This document shows positions 43,048 through 48,612 of a stretch of 48,612 bases of DNA, piece after piece. The stretch covers positions 1 to 48,612 of the forward strand of contig JAQUZA010000001.1 in assembly GCA_028691595.1 (NCBI GenBank), given 5' to 3'. Under the pieces are notes generated by a model. It saw only the letters and a program-made list of their open reading frames with translations. It had not been told where the DNA came from and searched no databases. The stretch is from Candidatus Rifleibacteriota bacterium. Lineage in GTDB: Bacteria > Muiribacteriota > Ozemobacteria > Ozemobacterales > Ozemobacteraceae. Positions within the stretch are counted from its first letter, which is position 1; each line of letters opens with the position of its first letter. The position numbers were made by a program, and so were the translations under genes.

Positions 43048-44490
43048 TCAGGCGATCTGGTTTCCGCCGCGTCTTTTGGCCTGCTTAAGCGCCTTTTCGG
43101 CTGATTTGAGCATATCGGCCGGTTTGGTTGTCGTTTTTGAACTGCTGGCAATACCGAAGCTACCGGTTACCTGAATCGAGCGACTGCCAGCCCTGATTTT
43201 GGTGTCTGATAAAGTTGTCTTCAATTTGCCGGCGACGGTCTGGGCACCGGCAAATGGCGTTTCGGGCAGAAGCATCGCGAAAGTATCGGCCCCAAATCTG
43301 GCGACCACATCGTGAATGCGCATTGCGCTTCTGAATATGCGCCCGACTTCTTTTAGGATACGGTTGCCATTGCTTTCGCCATGGGTGTCGTTGATGGCGG
43401 CAAAATGGTCGAGGTCCATGAGAATGAGTGAAATGTCTTTCTGATGCCGCTGTGCCCGGCAAAACTCTTCACCAAGCCGGCGCATGAAAAGGTTCTGGTT
43501 TGCTATTCCGGTAATCGAGTCGGTGGTGGCTGAATGATACATGCGGGTGCGACCGATAGCCACGGCTGCCTGAGCCGAAAAGACTTTGAGCATCTGTTCG
43601 GTGCGGGCGGTCATGATATTGCCGCTGTGTTTGGTATCTATATAAAGAACACCGATGTTGGTGGCCATTTCTTTGAGCGGAACCAGTGCCACTGAAACAA
43701 TCCCGGCATCTTCAGGGTTCCGTCCTCTGCGCCCTGGCTGTTTGAACCTGTGTGAAGGCCCTATCATCGATTCACCTGATTCAAAACAACGGCTGACCAG
43801 CCCGGCTGTCGATTGCAGGTCATCATTAACCTCTGCCGGAGCAAAGTTCTGCATTGCCACGGTTTCAAGTCGGCTCATTTCTTCGTTGTAGAGCATTATC
43901 AGTGCCCTCTCGCCGCCGGTCACCGCCAGAGCCATCTCAAGCGTGAATTCAAGCAGTCTTGGAAAACTGTTGATTGAGTTCAGGGCGTAGGTTACTTCAA
44001 GCACTGCGGAGAGTTCTTTGATTCTGGTGACCATTTCGCCCTCGGCAGCTGAAATGGCATTGTAATGCTGTCTGGGAATCTTGCCGCGGATCTGGCTGAA
44101 GCATTTGCGCACAAAAGTTTCGTTACTGTTGAGAAAAAATGGAAACAGTTTCTCGTCGGCGTTGGCCAGTGGCATATCGCCACCTTCAAGCTGCAGGCGC
44201 ACAAAAACATCGTCCGACAGCTCAAGAAAAGCTCCCGGTTTGATTATCGCAATAAACCCCGGCTGAACCTTGTTGCCGTTGACTACCGTGCCGAACGGGC
44301 TCTGGAGATCCTGGAGGGTCAGCAAGCCATCAGCATTGTAGCGCAGTTGTATCTGATTGTGGGCAATGCCCATTTTGTTGAGCTGAATATCGCATTCATT
44401 GCCGCTGCCGATTATTACACCATTACCATGCAGACTCGGGCTGCCCTCATAAAGAATCTGCCCGCTTCTGTCCGAGATTACTATTTTCAT
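43048..44490 (-). CDS. FHA-GAF-GGDEF-domain protein with a degenerate active site (GADTF) and retained RxxD I-site
   Basis: FHA: IIGSGNECDIQLNKMGIAHNQIQLRYNADGLLTLQDLQSPFGTVVNGNKV. GAF-like middle region. GGDEF fold: LILMDLDHFAAINDTHGESNGNRILKEV...RIHDVVARFGADTFAMLL...SFGIA...EKALKQAKRRGGNQ. Confidence 0.85.
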   Translation of the reverse strand: MKIVISDRSGQILYEGSPSLHGNGVIIGSGNECDIQLNKMGIAHNQIQLRYNADGLLTLQDLQSPFGTVVNGNKVQPGFIAIIKPGAFLELSDDVFVRLQLEGGDMPLANADEKLFPFFLNSNETFVRKCFSQIRGKIPRQHYNAISAAEGEMVTRIKELSAVLEVTYALNSINSFPRLLEFTLEMALAVTGGERALIMLYNEEMSRLETVAMQNFAPAEVNDDLQSTAGLVSRCFESGESMIGPSHRFKQPGRRGRNPEDAGIVSVALVPLKEMATNIGVLYIDTKHSGNIMTARTEQMLKVFSAQAAVAIGRTRMYHSATTDSITGIANQNLFMRRLGEEFCRAQRHQKDISLILMDLDHFAAINDTHGESNGNRILKEVGRIFRSAMRIHDVVARFGADTFAMLLPETPFAGAQTVAGKLKTTLSDTKIRAGSRSIQVTGSFGIASSSKTTTKPADMLKSAEKALKQAKRRGGNQIA

Positions 44491-44613
44491 CGAGTTTTCC
44501 TGTTGCTTGATATGCCCAATAACTGAGTAAGTATACCGGAAACTCTAGCATTTTGCAGCCCTAAGCAACAAGTTTGTTAATCTTGCCCGCATTTGTGAAA
44601 ATAATCGTGACTG

Positions 44614-44636
44614 AAAAAAGGGCGCGAATTTGCCCT
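44614..44636 (-). terminator. Candidate rho-independent terminator ending the lexA-dinB-orf92 unit
   Basis: On the - strand: AGGGC, loop aaattcgc, GCCCT, then TTTTTT. The stem is short (5 bp) but GC-rich with a clean T6 tail, 17 nt after the orf92 stop. Confidence 0.45.
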
Positions 44637-44652
44637 GAGAGTGTTCTGTTTA

Positions 44653-44931
44653 TCAGTTGAATCTGCTGGCAACGTCGAGTACCTGTTCAGTACTCGATAA
44701 TTCATTTTTAAGACGGCGCAGCTGTGAAAATGTTTCTCGGGCCTTTTTTAACAACAGTTTGTCAGGAACTTCGTGACCCTGTTTGAGTGCCATAAGGCAG
44801 CCAGCCAGGGATTCTTCGCACGGAAGCAGCTCGTTCTCGAGGTTTTCAATCTGCAACAGCAGCAGATGTTTCTTGAGCTGAGCCGCTTCAACCACCATCT
44901 GAGTTAAATTTTGTCTGATTGTGTCTATCAA
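44653..44931 (-). CDS. Small helical/coiled-coil hypothetical protein that appears translationally coupled to dinB
   Basis: TTG start overlaps the dinB TGA as TTGA; the next in-frame Met is at residue 12. Protein-like, helix-rich sequence (AAQLKKHLLLLQIENLENELL...FSQLRRLKNELSSTEQ). Followed by the terminator candidate. Confidence 0.4.
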   Translation of the reverse strand: MIDTIRQNLTQMVVEAAQLKKHLLLLQIENLENELLPCEESLAGCLMALKQGHEVPDKLLLKKARETFSQLRRLKNELSSTEQVLDVASRFN

Positions 44932-46106
44932 TGTTCAGACCTGCCTTGTGTTCGTATCGAGCTCGACCTCAATATGGCGCTGAAACCATATCTGGCGCGG
45001 ATAATTTTGAGTGCTTCCGGGAGCTGTCGACGGTGCTCGGGTTGAAGTATGTCAAAAAGATCGGGCGTAATTCCGCCAGGCTGGAGAGCACTTAGATGTA
45101 CGCCGATGAGGCGCACGCTGACACGCCTCTGAAAAAGGCGGTTCATGAGAAAAACCGCTGCTTCGTAGATCGCCCGGTCATCATTGGTTCTTGGAATGTT
45201 CTGTGATGCCGTTTTAGTCACAAAATCAGAGTAACGCAGTTTTAATGTCACATTACCGCAGGTAAGGCGTTCGGTTTGCATACGATAGACAGCACTTTCA
45301 ACAAGATACGAAAGGTGACTGGCCAGCAACAGCCGCGAAGAGGTATCTTCGCTCAGAGTCGTATCGCGAGAAATGCCTTTGCGCTGAGGTCTCTTTTCGG
45401 GTGGCATTACTTCAGATTCGCAGATACCTCTGGCGGCAGCAAAAATATACTCACCCGTGCGCCCAAATGCTGCTCGCCAGGCATCGACAGGCATTGTCAG
45501 AATGTCGGACACATAATATACGGCCATTGAATTCAATACCTGCTGCATCTGCCTGCCTATGCCCGGAATCTCGCCCACCGGAAGATGAGAAAGAAATGCC
45601 CTCTCGGACCCGGGCAGTATCTCAAGCACACCGCGTGGCTTGCCAAGATTTGAGGCTATTTTGCAGACCAGTTTATTGGTGCCTATACCTATAGTCGCCG
45701 GCAGGCCCGGGTCATTACGCACGGCCATGACTATCTGGTCTGCAATGCCCATGTTGGTCGGATAAATACGGTCGCAACCAGTAAAATCAAGATAAAACTC
45801 ATCAACCGATGCCTGCTCAACTACGGGGCAGAAGTCTCTCAGCCGCCGCTGAACAGAATTAGAAAGCTCGGAGATGTTGTCGGGGACCGGCATCAACACC
45901 AGGTCAGGGCACTTGCTTTTTGCCAGCCAGACCGGCATTGCAGAACATACACCAAATTTTCGCGCTTCATACGATGCTGAGCAGATGACCGAACGGCTGG
46001 CGGTGCCGCCAACCGCCATCGGCAGACCACGAAGGTCCGGCCGCAGCTTCAAGGCTGCTTCTACAAAAAAAGCATCCAGATCAAGGCAGGCAATACGTTT
46101 CTGCAT
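44928..46106 (-). CDS. dinB: DNA polymerase IV (Y-family)
   Basis: ATG 46106 gives MQKRIACLDLDAFFVEAA, the canonical start block; the track uses GTG 46115. Also SVDEFYLD, IGIGTNKLVCKIAS and GEIPGIGRQ. Confidence 0.9.
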   Translation of the reverse strand: MQKRIACLDLDAFFVEAALKLRPDLRGLPMAVGGTASRSVICSASYEARKFGVCSAMPVWLAKSKCPDLVLMPVPDNISELSNSVQRRLRDFCPVVEQASVDEFYLDFTGCDRIYPTNMGIADQIVMAVRNDPGLPATIGIGTNKLVCKIASNLGKPRGVLEILPGSERAFLSHLPVGEIPGIGRQMQQVLNSMAVYYVSDILTMPVDAWRAAFGRTGEYIFAAARGICESEVMPPEKRPQRKGISRDTTLSEDTSSRLLLASHLSYLVESAVYRMQTERLTCGNVTLKLRYSDFVTKTASQNIPRTNDDRAIYEAAVFLMNRLFQRRVSVRLIGVHLSALQPGGITPDLFDILQPEHRRQLPEALKIIRARYGFSAILRSSSIRTQGRSEH

Positions 46107-46197
46107 ACATTTCACCCTTAAGAAAAGAACCTGTTTTCGTTCATCTGTGTTGATTCGTGTTCACCCGTGGTACTTCTTCAGGCCTGCCATCAGTGGA

Positions 46198-46821
46198 TCA
46201 GAAGCGGCGATATTTCCGCATTACCCCGATTACAATGCCTCTGATGGTCACATCACGGTTCTCGATGATTATGGGCGGCATCGCCGGGTTTGACGGTTGC
46301 AGCCGCACCCGCCCGCCTTCGCGATAAATGCGTTTGAGGGTGACTTCGTCATTCTCGATGCAGGCGATGACCATGTCGCCATTGTTGGCGCTGCTGCGCT
46401 TCTCGACTATTACCAGATCGCCGTCTTTTATGGCCTCGTCGATCATCGAATCGCCGCGAACCTCTAATACAAAGGTCTCGCCCCGGCCAATCATCGATTC
46501 AGGCAGGTTGATCGTTTCGGGGATTTCATTGATCTGAATCGGCTGGCCGGCGGTAACCCTGCCAAGAAGCGGTACTTCGACACTACGGCCCTGAACGATG
46601 GTATGGGGTTTGACCGACAAACCGCGCGATCGACCGGGCAGAGAATCAATGTGCCCCTTTTCAACGAGAGTCTTGAGATGTTTATGAACCGTGGCGGTCG
46701 ATGCCAGGCCAAGGCCATCACATATTTCGGCAATGGTCGGAGCATAACCCCATTCGGCGAAAAAACGGCGAATAAAATCTAATACCATGCGTTGCTTGGG
46801 GGTTAATGGATCAGGGGTCAT
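46198..46821 (-). CDS. lexA: LexA repressor
   Basis: Winged-helix N-terminus LTPKQRMVLDFIRRFFAEWGYAPTIAEICDGLGL. Cleavage site VTAGQP. S24 peptidase blocks VRGDSMIDEAIKDGDLVIVE and TLKR. GGAGG SD. Confidence 0.95.
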   Translation of the reverse strand: MTPDPLTPKQRMVLDFIRRFFAEWGYAPTIAEICDGLGLASTATVHKHLKTLVEKGHIDSLPGRSRGLSVKPHTIVQGRSVEVPLLGRVTAGQPIQINEIPETINLPESMIGRGETFVLEVRGDSMIDEAIKDGDLVIVEKRSSANNGDMVIACIENDEVTLKRIYREGGRVRLQPSNPAMPPIIIENRDVTIRGIVIGVMRKYRRF

Positions 46822-46853
46822 ATCTCGCCTCCGTTCGAACTTTTCATACTTAT

Positions 46854-46882
46854 AATATAAGCGAATAAAAGGCGAACGTCAA
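46854..46882 (-). promoter_or_regulatory. Candidate sigma70-type promoter of lexA
   Basis: On the - strand: TTGACG (46882-46877), a 17-nt spacer, then TATATT (46859-46854). This sits about 33 nt upstream of the lexA ATG, with palindromes overlapping and following the -10. Confidence 0.4.
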
Positions 46883-46891
46883 GCGAAAAAA

Positions 46892-48612
46892 TTACGAACA
46901 GACTACAATGATCAGGGTCAGGTCGTCCTGGGCTTCCTGCCCGGCGATATGCCCGCTGTAAGCCGAAAAAATATTCCGGTAATAAATCGCCGGGTCGGTG
47001 TCGTAACAGTCTGTCAGTATCTTCTGCAGCCCATCATAGCCAATCTCAAGCCCGGCAAGGTTGCGTGATTCGACCAGCCCATCGGTGTAAAAGATCATGG
47101 CATCGCCTGATTTAAGCTGTAGTGGCACTTCTCCATAAACAGCTTTCTTAAAAGCGCCCAGTGCTGCACCTGCCTGTGAAAGCTCTTCAACCACGCCCGC
47201 TGACCGGCGGTAAATATACGGCGAGCAGGCACCGGCATTGGCATAGAGGCCTTCGCCGCTGTCGCTGTTCATGAACAGATACTGAAAAGTCATGACTTTT
47301 TTCTGCCGACTGCTTTTTGATGCCAGAATCATCTGATGCAGGCCGGTAAGAATGGTTTTGGGTGATGCCAGGTTCTCACCACTGCTAAGAATGCCTGCCT
47401 TGGCCATCGCCATGATCAGGGCTGCACCTACTCCATGCCCGGCGACATCTCCCATTAATACGGCAAAATTCGTGTCGTCAATTTTAAAGAAGTCGAGATA
47501 ATCGCCACCCAGTTCGCCCATCGAAACGCTGCGCCCAAAAATGCTAAAACGGTTGAGCGCGAAATCAGGTTTCGGAAACAGGCTTTCCTGAACAATTTTG
47601 GCCACCTCGAGCTCTTCGAAGCCAACCATTATGTGATTAAAAATTCCGGCAACCTCGCCGAACTCATCCTGACCTGCATTTTTTATGCGATGGCTGAAAT
47701 TGCGGTTTTCGATTGCCAGAGCTCCATGTCGCAGCCCGGCCAGGGGTGCAACGAAACTGCTTGCCAGAATTTGCGCCAGGCCTGCTGCAAGCAGCAGGCT
47801 GAAAAGACCGAAAAGGAGAAGATCTGTTTTCCGGGCACTGATGACACGCTCTATATTGCGCACCGGGTAGAGACCGATAATTTGAAAAAACTCAAGAAAT
47901 CTTCCGTTGAAACCGGTTGCAATGTATTCCTCGCCATTCAGATTCAGAATTTCAATTTCTTCGGTTGGTTTCTGACCGGCCCGACGGGCAAATTTTTCCA
48001 CAACACCTTCGGGGTCATCGAGGTTGCCGACAAATCTGTTTTTCAGTTTGTTGAAAGCAAGCAGTTTGAAACCCTGGGCATTGCGGTTGGCCTGGGGCAG
48101 TGCCGCTACCAGAAAATTATTCTGAAAAACCTGAGGTCTCCAGAAGATCATGGCGAGGTAGTCGGTGATGTCGCGTTCGCCGACCGAAATGAATTTAAAA
48201 TAGGTAAGATCTTTGAGATAGCCGAAACCCCACTGGTTGATGCGCCCGATATTATCGATGATCGAATGGGTGATTTCTATAAATGACTTCTGCAGCAAAG
48301 ATTCGGCAACAATTTCAATGCGGTCAAGTGCCTTGCCCGACATTTCAACGCGGTTAAGATCGCTCATTACCTTTTTGCCGACAAGATTGGCCGCTTTGAG
48401 GTCGGCGAGAGCAACATCAGAGATTGTTCGTCTGGCTTTTGTTGCCTGTTTATCGATGCGCAGGTCATCCATAGAGCCAGAGTAGCCGATAAATCCGTCC
48501 CGGGCCCCAATGACCTGGCTACTGCTCGAGATGATAAAATAATTTTCGATATCGAGTTTGCTTATATGGCTGGCAACCTGGTTGCAGAGATCTTCATTCA
48601 AAACAAGGCCGT
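46892..48612 (-). CDS. HAMP-domain PP2C/SpoIIE-family serine phosphatase (5' end probably beyond the right window edge)
   Basis: The frame stays open to the window edge upstream of the track's TTG 48601, and no N-terminal TM is present in the visible part. TM LLLFGLFSLLLAAGLAQIL. HAMP segment APLAGLRHGALAIENRNFSHRIKNAGQDEFGEVAGIFNHIMVGF. PP2C blocks GGDYLDFF, GDVAGHGVGAALIMA and FYTDGLVE. Confidence 0.85.
   Translation of the reverse strand, partial: GLVLNEDLCNQVASHISKLDIENYFIISSSSQVIGARDGFIGYSGSMDDLRIDKQATKARRTISDVALADLKAANLVGKKVMSDLNRVEMSGKALDRIEIVAESLLQKSFIEITHSIIDNIGRINQWGFGYLKDLTYFKFISVGERDITDYLAMIFWRPQVFQNNFLVAALPQANRNAQGFKLLAFNKLKNRFVGNLDDPEGVVEKFARRAGQKPTEEIEILNLNGEEYIATGFNGRFLEFFQIIGLYPVRNIERVISARKTDLLLFGLFSLLLAAGLAQILASSFVAPLAGLRHGALAIENRNFSHRIKNAGQDEFGEVAGIFNHIMVGFEELEVAKIVQESLFPKPDFALNRFSIFGRSVSMGELGGDYLDFFKIDDTNFAVLMGDVAGHGVGAALIMAMAKAGILSSGENLASPKTILTGLHQMILASKSSRQKKVMTFQYLFMNSDSGEGLYANAGACSPYIYRRSAGVVEELSQAGAALGAFKKAVYGEVPLQLKSGDAMIFYTDGLVESRNLAGLEIGYDGLQKILTDCYDTDPAIYYRNIFSAYSGHIAGQEAQDDLTLIIVVCS

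Noticed and set aside
43023-43151. Upstream extension of the DUF2325 ORF to ATG 43151
   Set aside because: It would overlap the GGDEF gene by 104 nt and encodes a basic, Pro/Arg-rich stretch. ATG 43022 has a GAGGGAAG SD and leaves a 25-nt gap.
1-48612. Scan for CRISPR arrays, tRNA/rRNA genes, IS elements, integrases, prophage genes and known defence-system genes
   Set aside because: I found no spaced direct repeats, no cloverleaf-like or rRNA-like sequence, and no transposase or integrase motifs in any long ORF. This was done by eye, so small ncRNAs or degenerate elements could have been missed.

Overview
Chromosomal segment from a diderm-type bacterium whose lineage I cannot assign. It is gene-dense. 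I saw no rRNA, tRNA, CRISPR array, transposase or integrase. Genes from about 1.9 to 36.2 kb are almost all on the + strand and genes from 36.3 to 48.6 kb are all on the - strand. The two blocks converge on a perfect bidirectional terminator hairpin at 36267-36294. At the left edge is a - strand antiporter-like (HyfB/NuoL-family) membrane gene that the ORF track misses because it has no stop in the window. The + strand then carries, in order:
- a secreted lipase-box hydrolase overlapping a PhaR regulator, two secreted proteins (one an HEXXH zincin), an EamA transporter (on the - strand) and an orphan 815-aa membrane/coiled-coil protein;
- a flippase-like membrane gene followed by larB and larC;
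- a reduced division/cell-wall cluster (murD-ftsW-murG-ftsQ-ftsA-ftsZ, with no mraY, murC, murB or ddl), then a radical SAM gene, a BMP lipoprotein and murI;
- a zinc-ribbon/propeller protein, a 10-cysteine small protein and an OMP-like protein;
- nnr, an MBL hydrolase, rlmH, cheR, cheB, a ferritin-like gene, a priming sugar transferase, a DUF1858 gene and dxs.

The - strand block, listed from high to low coordinates, holds an HAMP-PP2C phosphatase, lexA-dinB-orf92, an FHA-GAF-degenerate-GGDEF protein, a coiled-coil DUF2325 protein, an ECF sigma factor with a ZAS-type anti-sigma, a small secreted protein, trxA and glgB.

I could not recognise a clear-cut new system such as a defence island. 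The best candidates for undescribed biology are:
- the FHA-GAF-GGDEF* (degenerate GGDEF) plus DUF2325 pair;
- the duplicated CCxxCQxxxxC small protein and its neighbours;
- the orphan 815-aa protein;
- the small protein that appears translationally coupled to dinB in the lexA operon.

All family assignments come from motif recognition by eye, not from database searches.
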